From: Eledone cirrhosa
Lineage: Eukaryota
DNA length: 64,000 nucleotides
Assembly (NCBI GenBank): GCA_964016885.1
Contig: OZ024742.1
Location: forward strand, 271,622,001-271,686,000
Direction of reading: 5' to 3'
Both the position numbers and the translations under genes were made by a program. Below the pieces are notes generated by a model, which did no database searches, was not told the DNA's origin, and saw nothing but the letters and a program-made list of their open reading frames with translations. This document shows positions 1-13,060 of this stretch, in pieces (the stretch's first letter is position 1; each line of letters starts with the position of its first letter).

Positions 1-2229
1 TGTATCAATTCCTATGAAGTGATGGTTGCAAACGAGTGATATTTATTGAGAGATACATTGTCAAAAAATATACGTCGCCTTATGTTGCTGCTTATACGAG
101 AATTTCATCCTTATGATTTAATAACTATTATCAAAGCATACAAAGAAGCAATAAATTCCAGACGTTATATTAAACTGTAAATCGATTGGGGCAATTCTCA
201 CCTATGGCGTGTTATGCTGTCATATTTTAGAAGAGAAACATTCACCTCTGTATTTAAGCTAAAATAGCTAAATAAAATAAAACGATAAGTCTGGAAGGAA
301 TTTAATAATCCTAATTGCTACTGATTAATAGTTTTCCGAAATCTTACAAAAGTGCATATTCGAAATCACGATACAATTTCTAATTTTTAACTTAAGAATT
401 ATTCATTAGATGTCAGTTATATATGCGTGTAGAAGGTTTGGTAATTCGGAATGGAGTGCTATAAAATAACAAACTTAAACATATTATAGTTTAATAAGCA
501 GTAATATCGAATAAGAAATGTTGACATTTGCAGGACAATTAACATATTAATTTAAACATTTATGAAGTGCAAAATCTGGTATGGGATTGTAAAGGTGTCC
601 AGATGGTGGTATTCTTAACATGGAAACAATACTTTCATTCGGATACCATACAAAATATGAGATATTGTAAAAGTTATTCATAAACATTACATTTAATCAT
701 TCTGTAGAAACTCTTCAAACTGGAGCATGGAACTCCACCATTTGAATTATGTTAATTTACTGATATATTTATATCAATATCTGATTCATTTGAACATGTA
801 GTAGGATTGTTGTGGTCAACAGTACATCAGCAGTGACTGAGCGTACACAGTATGAATGTCAACCAGACTAAGGCAAATGCCGTTCGTCCTATGCCATTAG
901 TTCTAGTAACGAATATGTGCATCCCTTAATTTCAAGGAGATTTGGATATCAACCGACCAATTATATGCGCCAGCATTGATTTATGATTTATGATACTTCT
1001 AACATCAATTCATTACTAGAAAACATGGACAAAGGTATTCTACCCGTAGCTGTCCATTCCATTTAGCGATATATAGAACCACCGTTCTCATTTTAAAGCA
1101 ATGCTGGTTGAAATTTCTAGCACTGACCACAACGTTTTTGCTCATTGTTGTTTTTGGTGGTGTTATGGTTAGTGTTGATAAGGTAAGCATGTCTGAGCAA
1201 ACAACGTGATCAAAAACACCATATCCATGAAGATCTCATTTATGACAAAATCCAGTAAATTGAAAATTCAGAGTGGTTTGGTTTCTATATGTTGTACAAC
1301 TGTCGACTATGTAGACTCACTATGATTATTATTAATGTATGAATTTACTAATATATATTTGCGCTGGTATTTTTTGTTTATTGCTATTTGAATTGGCAGT
1401 TAATTTTTATATCATTAGATTTGCTTTGCAGCATCCTCATTTATTTACCTAGTCTCATGGGGAGAATTTTAATTCTATATTTCATAAAAGCCACGAGCCA
1501 GTGTTTGAACCTTATTGCGAAAGCATTCTCTCATTTCGTGTTCAGGTTAAAATAATATGTGTTTTTTTCAAAAACCAACTAGTGTTATACTATCTGGATC
1601 ATAATTACGCTTGTAATTGCAGGTGGAACTTGTTGATTAGTCTATTCTTGTGTACCGTATTTTTTTATTAGAAGGTAGGAAGATGAAGATGGAGGTAACA
1701 GCAGCAATTTGAAGCCATTATCTTTAAGTCGTGGCTTTAATTCGTATGAATTTAGGTTGATTTCAGTAATGGAGAGCGCAATTGAAAGGAAACGTCTGGA
1801 GTGTATAAATGTTATTCACTGATGGCTGTTTGATAAAAAGAATAATGCCAGAATAGTGATGTTAACAATGTTTATTTTACAATAACAATATTCACTTTGA
1901 ACATCGAGTAATCATGTTTATGACCTGATTTATCACTACATTATTTGCTGGCTAGCTACTTCGAGCTAGCGTGTATGGATGTATCAATGCAACGATACAA
2001 TATGACAGGGAGACGGAAGAATAGATGGAACGTAGATGTAAATATGAAACTTACATCGTTAACCTTAACACCGACTGCTTGTTTCGTAGTCTGGCTGCTG
2101 GATTTCCCAAGCCCTATAACTACAAGGATGTGTCTGTGTTCTCTGTCTAAAAGCTGGGGTCACATGTGAAGTGGTATGTACGTTTATTATACTTGTTTCT
2201 TGACAGGATAATCTTGGGAACTTCCAATA

Positions 2230-5200
2230 ATAAGTGGTCCCATATGCGAGAACTCTTAGATTCTGTTTCGAATCTTCGCCGGTAAAACATAGGAATATTC
2301 CATTACACGTCGTTTAGCAAGAGAAAGACAGGGGAATAGAATAGCTAAAAGATATGCTGCCATAAGACACAAAGACAGAATTCGACAAGTATGTCACCGT
2401 TAAAATAAAACTGATTTTGAAACTTATGCAAAGAGAGTTTCGCTAATGATTGCAAAGACGGCAAAGCAATACCAATGCAATGAGAGCTGCCCGTATAAAT
2501 GATGCAGGTTTTATCCGCAATAATAACATATATTCATAAAACAGAGTTCTTATTCATAACTATGGAAATATAGATTCCAACTGTCAGTTTTCCTCAGGAA
2601 AACATTTTTCTTTGCGAGAAACATCGGATAGACATTTTAATAATTGTTGTCATAAAGGCAAAATGTTACGCCCTATCAGAAGAGAATTTCCATCATATTT
2701 AGTTTCATTGTTATATCTGATCAATTCATCCTCATTATAGGAATTTTAAAGAAAACATTCGGTCATATAATTCCTCCTCATAATTCGCCTCGATTCGTGT
2801 TCAAGTGCAGAATCCACCAGGAAAAGACCCATTTTGTTTCCGTGTGCTTGTACAAATTTACAAGAGAAATACACAGATGAAGGCAAACGAATACAATATG
2901 CTCATCTTTATGTTGTAGACTCCCCCCAATCAACAGGAATAAGAGCTCATAATCAAACCAATTCAGGCTGCCTCCAAGAGTTGCTTGAAAATTTGAATAA
3001 TATTATTCGGAGAGATAACGTGTATGCTCAGTCTTTTCAAACACTTCGTGAAATTGAAGTACAAGTAGAGAGTGCTCAAGAAGAAAATATTGATATGCCA
3101 AGCGTCAACTTAGTATTCAGCAGAGATCGTAATACCGACAGAAGAAGATCCGATTTTCAAACAGTCAATGTAATTGCTATTGTATTCAGAAACGAAGAAG
3201 GCGAACCACCATTTGGTAGAGATTTTAATGTATATTCAAGGAACTCCAAGGTTCCTACTGTAAATCTCAACATCTTGAGCCAAAATATTGATCCAACGAC
3301 GTTCCTTTTTGTTTTCCACACGGTGAACCAGAATACCAAACAAACAGGACTGGAAATCGTGATAACCAGCAAAACAATCTGAAAGTGGAACAATATCAAG
3401 GACTTGCTGACCATTTAACCAATGCAGCAAATACTGAAGATTGTCGAATCGGAGGGACAGTAATTCTTCCATCATCAGAATATCAAGAAATATGAGATTT
3501 CGCTACCAAGATGGATTAGTAATTGTGAGAAATTGTGAGAAAATCTAGTCCACCTGATATATTTCTTGCAATGACATACAATCCTAATTGTCCCGAGATA
3601 CGAAACAACCTTTGCCAGCTCAAATAGCCTCTAGTAGACCAGATTAGTGGATCGGGAGTTCAATATTAAGTTACAGGTACTAATAATTGATGTAGAAAAA
3701 AGACTTGATTGACCGAATTGTCGCATATTGTTACACAATATAATTTCAGAAGAGAGGACTGTCGCACGCCAATTTATTATTTATATTTCATGGGCGGTGG
3801 ATTGGCAGTATCAGTAGAGGGTCGGGCGCCATGCTTTGACGCATAGAGTTACGGTCCTTGCCATTCTGATTTCAAATCCCGCCGAGGTTAACTTTGCTTT
3901 TCATCCTTACGGAGTCGATAAAATAAAGTACCAGTAATGCACTGGGTATTGCTGGCCTTGTGCCAAATGTAGAAACAATTAATTATATTTCATCCAGAAG
4001 ATAAACCAAACTCAATTGAAAGTATTGACAAAATTCTGTGTGCTGAAATTCCAGACCCAGAGATAGAAACAATACACTATGAAATTATAAAGAAATGTAT
4101 GTTCCATGGTCCTTGTGGTGAGCCAAACCCTCATGCACCATGCAAATAACAACTGCTCAAAAGATTTTCCCCACAATTTCAACAGGAAAATCTGCGATAG
4201 TTATCCATCCTGTAAAAGACGTCCAGCTTCAACGTTGAACGTTGGTCAGAAAGTAGTGGATAATCGATATGTTGTACCTTACAACAAATATCTCAGTAAA
4301 AACCAACAACTGTCACGTAAATGTAGGAATTTGCGCCTTCATCCGCTCAATGAAATATGTGTATAAATACATATACAAAGGCATCAGCGAAGCAACTTAT
4401 AGTAATGTCATAATTCATGATGAAATCAAGACAGATACGTGAGTGCTCCAGAAGGAATGTGGAGATTGCTTGAATTCAAAATGCATGATAAATCCCACGC
4501 AATTATTCGCCTCCATGTTCATCTCCCGTAGGAACAGCCCGTCTATTTTGAGGAGGGACAAAAAAGATGTGTGCTAGAAAGGGTTGCGCAACGCAACACT
4601 CCTCTAACAGTATGGTTCTTGTTCAACCAAAATAATGAAAATGCAAGACAATATCTATATGTAAACATTCCTTATAATTATGTCTAGAATAAGAAAACGA
4701 AGCGGTAGATTCCCAGACAACGTGGAGTTTTGTTGCTGCACGTTAAATGAGCTCGAAGTTTCGAAGAAATGGAAACCGTAGATGAGGTCATATCCGGCAG
4801 CTATAAGGAAGTAGCAGGGCGCCGGCAGTTGGTTCAAAATGACAATGAGTGGCGAAGATGGCTGCTTCGATAAATATGCCAAAGCAGTTCTGGCAGCTGT
4901 TTGCACTCATTGGCATTTTCAATAATACAGTCAATCCCGAGGTACTGTTCAACGCACTTGAAGAAATTTGGCTGAAGACTTCTTTACACATTACACCAGA
5001 AAAATATCAGTACAACTGGCTTTACGAGATATCGAAACGACGAAGTCCTTGCAAGGTTTGACATGCCTAGAGTTGCATCTTCCGATTGTTGATATGCCTT
5101 TGTTGAATGCCCAGAATGTAAAACAAATCCAGAACCACATTCGAATGGAAGTACAAAGTTCCTCTTTGACATATAATCAGCGTTGTGTGTTTGATCAGAT

Positions 5201-5425
5201 TTTCCCAGCTATTGATGAAGAACACCCACCTAGCAGACTTTTTTTCTTAGATGGCCCTGGTGCTACACGAAAAACGTACCTCTACAATACCTTGATATTG
5301 CATTTGAGTCGTCAAGGAAAGCATGTTCTCTCATTTGCTACAACCGGCATTGTGACTGATCTATTTCACCAAGGAACAACTGTACACACTGAATTTAAGC
5401 TTCGAGTCCCTATCATGGAACATTC
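2230..5425 (+). mobile_element. Decayed Helitron Rep/PIF1-helicase gene (pseudogenised, 3' part missing)
   Basis: Motifs in the expected order across frameshifts: Zn-finger-like HF..E...FNNCCHKGK (~2600-2660), KENIRSYNS, QYAHLY, DRRR...IAIVF..GEPP (ORF 2834-3382), HUH region FQKRGLSHA (3744-3770), CAEIPDP, HGPCG..NPHAPC, VDNRYVVPYN, KYVYKYIYKG, degenerate PIF1 Walker A FFLDGPGATRKT and ATTGI. Termini not found. Confidence 0.9.
3792..3982 (+). mobile_element. Full-length tRNA-derived SINE inserted in the Helitron Rep domain
   Basis: A-box-like TGGCAGTATCAGTAG, B-box-like GATTTCAAATCCC, core CTTTCATCCTTACGGAGTCGATAAAATAAAGTACCAGT. 11-bp TSD TTATATTTCAT at 3781-3791 and 3983-3993; removing it restores the frame HANLLFIFH-PEDKP. 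Confidence 0.92.
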
Positions 5426-8340
5426 TGGTGTCGGAGGAAGAAGAAGAAGGAAAGCGACCAGAACCAACTGGACGAAAGAATTGAATAGAACTGTTATGCA
5501 ATGTTACCTGAAGAGTAACCCCAAGGAGAAAGGCTATAGGAAACGGATGCATAACATTTGGAACGAGATTGGTCTATTTAAATTAGATGAACAAAAATTG
5601 GCCGGGCAGGCTCGGGTAATAAGAACTAATGGGTGGATAAGCGAGCTGGAACTGGAGGAACTGAGCAGAGAGATTAGCTTTGAAATGGAGGGTGGAGCGT
5701 CCAAGGCAAACGAGCCAGTGGGAAATGAAGGTGAAGAGGTCGAGAGAACGGAGGAACCATCCGAAGCAGACAATGATCTGAATGATGAAATAAATAATAC
5801 CTGGAACAGAGATACGGCCACTGAGGAGATGAATGCTGACGGGCTATGACAAGATTTGGTTGATATCCTAAACTTAGTGATAGATGAATTGAACAATGAT
5901 AGTGGGAAACCTATGAACATAATATTTGTAGACAGGAAAAAGTTAAAAGAAACAACAGCTAAGGTAAACAAAGTCATCCCATACCTTGAGGCGATGAGCC
6001 TTCACCAATGCAACAATATCCTCAAAGCAACAGCAAATACGATGAGGAAATTACTTGGTATAAAAGCGAGAGGAAACAACAAACAAAACAGATCACAAAA
6101 AAGGATCACAAAAAAGGCCAAAAAACTAACCAACTCGAGATCACGAGGCCCAGACGGTGTGCAGAGGTATTGGATTAAAAATATAACATCCCTCCACCCG
6201 AAACTGACAACCATGTTCAATGACTGCTTGATGTCAGGTGAGGTACCAGAGCGGTTGACAAAAGGTACCACCGTTCTGGTAATGAAAGACCGAATCAAGG
6301 GTAATGATGTTACCAACTATAGACCTATCACATGTCTGCCCGTAATGTGGAAACTGTTGACAAGCATTGTGTCTGAGGAAATCTACCATCATCTCCACAC
6401 AAACAACTTGTTACCGGACGAACAAAAAGGATGCCGAAAGAAGTCCGTGCTACAAAGGACCAGTTACTTATTGATAAGATGGTAATGAGGAATTGCAAGA
6501 GGAGACACACTGGTCTTGCCATGGGATGGATAAACTACAAAAAGGCATTTGACATGGTGCCTCATTCTTGGATCACCAAAGGCCTGGGATCTTCAGGGTG
6601 GCAGATAACATCAGACAGTTGTTGGGGAAAAGTATGAAGTCCAGGGAAACAGAGTTACCATCAGCTGGAGAATCATTGGGAAGCGTGAAGATCAAGAGAG
6701 GTATCTTCCAGGGAGATAGTCTGTCCCCTCTGTTGTTTGTCCTTGCCCTGATGCCCCTGACCAGTGTACTGCGAAAAGTGAGAGCAGGATACAGGTTAGG
6801 AAAGGGAGGGCTTACGATCAATCACCTCCTCTTCATGGACGATCTTAAGCTCTTCGGGAAAAGTGAGAAGGATTTAGATGTGCTTGTTGACACAGTCCGT
6901 ATTTTCAGCAATGATATATGTATGCAATTTGGTATTAGTAAGTGTGGATTCTTTGTAATGAGGAGGGGTAAATTGAGCAGAAATAACGGAATCCAGATAC
7001 CAACAGGTGAGATGATAAAGGAAATTGACACTGAAGAAGGATACAAGTATTTGGGTGTTCTGCAGGCTGATGACATCAAGACAATAAAAAAATGAAGGAA
7101 TTGATAAGAACTGAATACATTCGGAGAGTAAGGAGCGTGTTAAAGTCACATCTGAACAGTAGGAATGCCATGCGTGCAGTAAATTCCCGAGCTGTGTCTT
7201 TTATTAGATACATTGCGGGAATTCTGAGATGGAATGTTGCTGAACAAAAAGAAATGGATAGGAAGACTAGGAAGCTATTGACTATCTACAACATGTTCCA
7301 CAAGAGGAGTGATGTCGATAGATTCTACTTAAGGAGATCTGAAGGTTGAAGAGGTCTTATCAGCATAGAGGACTGTGTTCAGATGGAGAAAAACAACCTA
7401 CACAAATACGTGACTGATAGTAAGGAGCCAATGCTCACAGCTGTACTGAAGGAGAGGACAATGGACCAGGGGATGTCCAAGGAGGAAATAACATCAAGAA
7501 GAAAGAGCAGCCTTCAGAAAAAATCCATTCATAGTACCTTCTTTGAGAAAACTGAAATTTAGAGATCCACAGACATGGAACTGGTTGAAAAGAGGAGACC
7601 TTAAAAAGGCTACAGAATGAATGTTAATGGCTGCGCAAGAGCAGGCCCTCAAAACGAAGTGGTTGAAACACCATATTTACAAGGAGGAATCTAGCCCACT
7701 GTTCAGGATCTGTGGAGAGAGAGAGGAGACTGTGGCTCACATTGTATCCGAGTGTAAACAACTAGCCCCGACTCACTATAAGGGATGGAGACATGATGTG
7801 ATGGGCAGGGTGATCCACTGGCACCTATGCAAAGTAAACAATTTGTCACATTCTGAGAGTGGTTTGAGCATAAGCCAGAGTCGGTGATAGAAAACGATCA
7901 GGTGAAGGTGCTGTGGGATTTTAGGATACAGACGGACTAGAAACTGGAACACAATAGACCTGACATGGTGGTTGTGGACAAAGAAAAAAGATCTTGCCAG
8001 ATTGTGGATGTGGCCTGCCCATTCGACACGAGAGTGCAAGAGAAGGAGAGGGAGAAAATTAACCGATACCAGGATTAAAGTGGGAGGTAAAAAGGATTTG
8101 GAACTGCCATGAAGTCAAAGTCGTCCCGATTGTAATAGGCGCACTAGGTACTATCTCAAAATGTTCCCAGGGATGGTGAAAGAAAATTGGCCCCTTCACG
8201 CATTTTGGAACGCTTCAAAAGGCATGCTTGCTGGGAACAGCAAGAACCCTCCCATACGTCCTGAATATCTGAGGCTGCAGGTAGTGGCTTGATATTCATT
8301 TCGACAAACTTTCCAGTTAACTAACATCAATGACTGAGAC
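5426..8340 (+). mobile_element. R4/Dong-clade non-LTR retrotransposon, family D1, copy a (5'-truncated, decayed)
   Basis: RT motifs YRPITCL, KKAFD, GIFQGDSLSP, FMDD; knuckle remnant RICGEREETVAHIVSEC; RHD; RLE RPD...VDVACP; 3' UTR ...CATCAATGACTGAGAC then A-run and (TAA)n. Multiple stops and frameshifts. Confidence 0.9.
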
Positions 8341-8370
8341 TAAAAAAAAAAAAAAAATAATAATAATAAT

Positions 8371-11300
8371 GTTTTGTTTTCTTTATTAACCCCAAGGGTT
8401 TACATAAAATAGACATTAAGGACAGTACAGGACAATACAGGACGGAACAAATGGGCATTTCTGCGTGTAAAAAAACAGAGGATGTAATAAAAAAATAACA
8501 ATGAAAAATTCCCCAATAGGGGGGAGACTTCCTAGGGACATTTGTGGAGAATGCCTATTAAAAGGCCAAAGTGACCCTGACCAGCAGGGCAAGTGCCCTC
8601 TCCAAGTTTTCCACCTTTAATTTACGGACACATTCTCAGAGTAGGCCCATTCACACGGGCCATACTTGCCTCTCACACCCATCTTTCAACAAAATGCTGG
8701 GAAGAGAGCACTTCCCTCTCTACCCTGATATTCCTTTTCAAATGAAATTTGAAAAAGTTAATCAGGGAATCACCGAAGAGGTAAGTGCTCGTCTTCAGCC
8801 CTTTCAAACGTGTAAACCATACTATCTCTTTCGCAAAGGCCACCAGACAGATAAAAACTCCCTGCCCTTCCCGGCTAAAAGAAGAGGGCGGGGCAATCCT
8901 CACAATGGTCTCGGCTGCTAGCTGGATCCGTCCTACACGTGACAGCTGGTGTTCGACATAAACCCACAAGTCAGCAATGCTCGGACACTGGACGAGTGCG
9001 TGCAGGACGGTTTCGTGGCCCTGCTCGCATCTCGGACATGCTCGGCTGACGGCACCTCCAGGCCTGTAGAGTCTATCCCGAACTGGCAAGGCTCCTCGGT
9101 AGCACTGCCAGGCCAGGGATTTCTGGAAGTTGTCCATAGGCCCCGGCCCGAAAGTCCTTCCGAAGAGATTGGATCGTTGATTTTCGTCAACGCCTAGAGT
9201 TTCTCCAAGTACGTCGTCGCTCTTTCCCTCCACTAATCCTATATAGAACGCCAAGGTGGAGTTTCCACCAATCATTTGCCCGATTGGTCGAGGGCTGTGA
9301 GCGCCTTAAGGCATTCCAGTCTCCAATCGCTCCCTCTCGGTCTTCGCACTGCAGCTCTGTCACGGAGACGAGCTGGGGAAAGACGTGTCTAGCAAACGGC
9401 GACCACACCTGATCACCGTCGAGGAAAAGATGGAGATGTCGTAGCCTGAGCGCGTGCCTGCGCATCATCAGCCACGGCATGCCCATCCGTCCACGTAGCG
9501 GTTGTTGACAACAGATGGACCGCCAGACCATCGGAGCGCGTCCTTTCCACAAAAAGCGAAAGAGCAAACGCTCCAGCGCAGTCAGGCGAGGCTTAGGACA
9601 AGGTACGACGGTCAGGTGGTAGCAGTTGACAGAGGCGATGTACGCGTTAGCCACCTCCGCTCGACGTTTCAGGGATAGCTTCCTCTCCGCCTATTTCTGG
9701 GTGAGAGAAGCCACCCTTCTCGACACTTCGTCCCAGTTTTTGACCGTCTGGAGGTCCGGACCGAACCAGACACCTAGCAATTTAACCGGTCCGTCCGTCC
9801 AGCGTACGACGACGCTGTTGGACGGCATGGACCTGCCTCTCCAGGTGCCGAGCTGCAGGCCCACTGACTTTTCCTGGTTGATCATTTCTCCTGTCACCGC
9901 TATTCTCTTAGTGTAGTGCCGATCGCCTCGATTTTTTTGGCGTTCGACACCACTACGGCGACATCGTCCGCATATGCTCACACGGATCTTCCGCATCCTA
10001 GTTCGCGCGGGAAGCCCCTCAACGTCTCCAGTTTGTGCAGTAATTACTCGAGAGTCAATACGTAAAAGAGGGACGAGAGGGGACATCCTTGGCGGACCGA
10101 GCGCATGATGTTGAACGGTTCCGAAAGGTGCCCGTTCACTCTCACCACAGAGCAGATGTCGCTGTGCATGGCAACGATCCAGCCTCTGAAGAAGTGCCCA
10201 AAGCCAGCCGCCCTCAGGACTGCCGCCAGGTAACGATGGTCGACCCTATCGAAAGGTTTCGACTGATCTAAATTGATCAAATACCCACCCGTGCCAGGTT
10301 CCCTAGCTACCCTCTCTACGATGTATCGCATGAGGTGGAGGCTGTCGTGGATGGATCTGCCGGGAATGACGCATGTCTGCGCCTCTCCCACCAGACCACC
10401 AACGACAAGCGCCAACCTCTTTGCTAGCACCTTGGCCAAAATCTTGAACTCTGTGTTTAGCAGAGTTATGGGCCTAAAATTATCTATGTTATCCCCCTTG
10501 TTCGGATCCTTTCTCAGCAGTGCCACCGCTCCTAGGCTCACAGAGCTGGGAATTCTCCCGTTCTGTTGCCAGTTGCAGTAGACGTCCGCCAAAAGGCCTC
10601 GGAACAAGTCTGGCATCTGTACGTAAAGTTCATAGGGCAGACCATCCAAACCAGGCGATTTACCCCTTGTGCAGCTATTGTGCAGCTAATCATTTCCCCC
10701 CGTACTTCAGCGGCTGTTATCGGCTTTTCGCAACACTCCGCCTCAGTGGCCAAGAGCCGCGGCATTCCGTCGAGTTAGACACTAAAGTCCATCCCTCGAC
10801 CCGGCCCGCCGCTTCCCCCGAACAGCTGAGCGAAGTGTCGCTGAAAAGCTTCACACATTTGCCCGGGATCGAGTAGCATGCGCCCGTCGTGGTCCACCAA
10901 ATACGGAGGTCGTGGCTTTGTTGCCACGACGCGCCTCCGCCAATCGGGCCCATTGAACGGCTTTCGTCCCCTCGTGTCTGAGAGCACGCACCCTAGCTCT
11001 GAAACGCAGCCTTCGTGCTTTGCATTGAAGAATTGGTCAAATGCCAATTTCGCCGTAAGCATGTCGGTCGCGATGCCTCTGCTAAGCGCCTCGTCTAATT
11101 TTCCAACTAGTTCTCCCTCTGCTCTATTTTTCTCTATTGCTAAAGCCTTACTAAACCTAATGGATTCTATTCTAGTCGCTCTTTTCAGAGCAAACCACCA
11201 CTTGTTGTTGACGATGGCCCCCGTCAACGCCCGCTTAACTAGTTCGCTAATCCGGTATCTGTAGGCCTTGCGCGCTGGTAAGGACGCGTTTGGCTTCCAG

Positions 11301-13017
11301 TAGCCGGGTCCTCGTCTATGAAGCCTATCTAAGTCAAGCACACATATCACGAATTTGTGGTCCGTGTAGCTGATAATCTTGAATTGTGGACAGCCTATGC
11401 TAGACCTATCTATTTCCCTACAAAATACTCTATCTAGATATGATCTGGATGACCCTATACGATTTGTCCAAGTCCACATTGGCACATTCGGGAAATCCAA
11501 TCGGTACCTGTCAGACATTTCAAAACGCCTGAGCAGGTTGGTGAGGCTCTTGCACCCTCCATCCCTATCCGCTAATCCCACACAGTCCCAGCTTGCATCT
11601 AAGATCCCGTTCCAGTCGCCCACTAACACTAAAGAGCGGGACGTTCCAAGCAGGGTCTCCAGACGCCGGAAGAAATCAGGCCGCCCTGCTCCTGTAGGGG
11701 CATAGACGGCCACTAGCCTGAACGCTTGCCCGTCTCCGCTGGTCACGTCCAGCACCACCAACTTACCCTCTGGGTCCAGGAAGATGGCCCGTATGGCGAG
11801 ATCGAAACCTCTCCGAAAAAGCACAGCAACTCCCCCCACCCCCCGATCCCGGACGGCTGGGAGATGCGTACACTTCGTAGCCGCCGAAGATCGGTGCGAA
11901 GGCCCGTGCTTCGGAGATTCTGGTCTCGCTGATGGCCACTACATCTATGTTTAGTGACCAGAGGTCGTTGAGCAGGTGACCCTGTTTCCATGACGACCCC
12001 AAGCCATGCGCATTTATGCTGCCTATTCTGAGTGAGGTCATGTTTAAAATAGACCCTAAGGCTTTTTGTATTTGAGCCTCTGTGGCTCTTTCAACCCTAC
12101 GGCATTTTGTGCTTACTGTACGGTACGTAACCGTACAGTGCTGTTGGGTTTCGAAAAATGCTTCGGCTGCCTTGCAGATTGCTCGGTGTCCGGTTTTCGT
12201 CACCATCTTCTTCGCTTCCTCTAATTCCTCATTTGTTATGAGGATGGTTTCCAGGTTCTTTGCGATACCTGCAAACGTGATTGGTTTTTCTTTGCTGCTG
12301 TTGTTGTTTTGTTGTTGTCGTCAGAGCTGCTGTTACTGTTGTTGTTGCTGCAGGTACTACGACTACTGCCGCCGCCGCTGTTGCTGTGGTTGTTGTTGTT
12401 GTTGCTGCTGCTGCTGCTGTTGTTGTTGTTGTTGCTGCTAATGCTGTTGTTGTTTATGTTGCTGCTGATGCTGTTGCGGCTGCTACTGTTGTTCTCCTTG
12501 TCACTGTTGCTGCTGCTGCTGTTATTACGGCTGCTTGTGCTATTATTCATGACGTCAGACGAATGAAATGTGTTTTCGTATTTCCCGCACACCTTTTACG
12601 TCGTTGTCGTTGTCGTCGTCGTCGTGGAGAAATGTTACACGCTTTGTACGTGATTTTTCTTTACTGGCGTCGCTTGCGAAAGAGAAGGGAGGGAGAGAGA
12701 CACATTTAGAGAGAGACAATCTTCTCTCTGTTGTAGTGACGATTGAGGACGAAGAAGACGGAATGAGTGGGAGTGACCTATGAAAATTCTTTTTCGTAGC
12801 CATGTTTGTTTTTGTTTAAAATAAATATTGGGCACAAAACACCAATAAGCGGTTATTTAACCCCGAAGAGCCAAATAACGGGCAGAAAGACCCCTCTCAC
12901 GAGGAGGAGGGTGTTTTTGTCTACAATTTGGTTAAAGTTTTAAACAATTTACAATTGTTATAGCGGTCAAAATTTACAATACCTTACAGAGCCGAGCCTC
13001 CGTCAACCATAGCATTC
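8371..13017 (-). mobile_element. Tx1-type (L1 group) LINE, copy B1: both ends present, most of ORF1 deleted
   Basis: APE motifs IGSINAHGL, ISETR, VGDWNG, YLDRVF, TDHK, GPGYWK; RT motifs FRPITLLN, RQGCPLS, YADD; C-terminal CPRC..ETVLHALVQC; AATAAA at the 3' end; (AAT)n on both sides. Confidence 0.92.
12290..12535. repeat. Mixed (GTT/GCT)n trinucleotide tract within Tx1 ORF1 (Thr/Ala-rich linker on the minus strand)
   Basis: Direct reading; the other Tx1 ORF1 copies have similar Thr-rich tracts. Confidence 0.85.

Positions 13018-13059
<42 letters not shown>
13018..13059. repeat. (AAT)14 between two head-to-tail Tx1 copies
   Basis: Perfect repeat abutting the B1 5' end and the B2 3' end. Confidence 0.97.

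Positions 13060-13060
<1 letters not shown>

Noticed and set aside
4968-5849. 293-aa ORF fusing a PIF1 helicase N-half to the Dong N-terminus
   Set aside because: Chance in-frame junction at 5426; Walker A is degenerate (GPGATRKT) and both parent elements are broken.
12082-12709. Poly-Cys, poly-Leu and poly-Asn ORFs
   Set aside because: Alternative-frame readings of a trinucleotide tract. The CV/YI-repeat ORFs at 40493, 43651 and 54426 likewise come from dinucleotide tracts.
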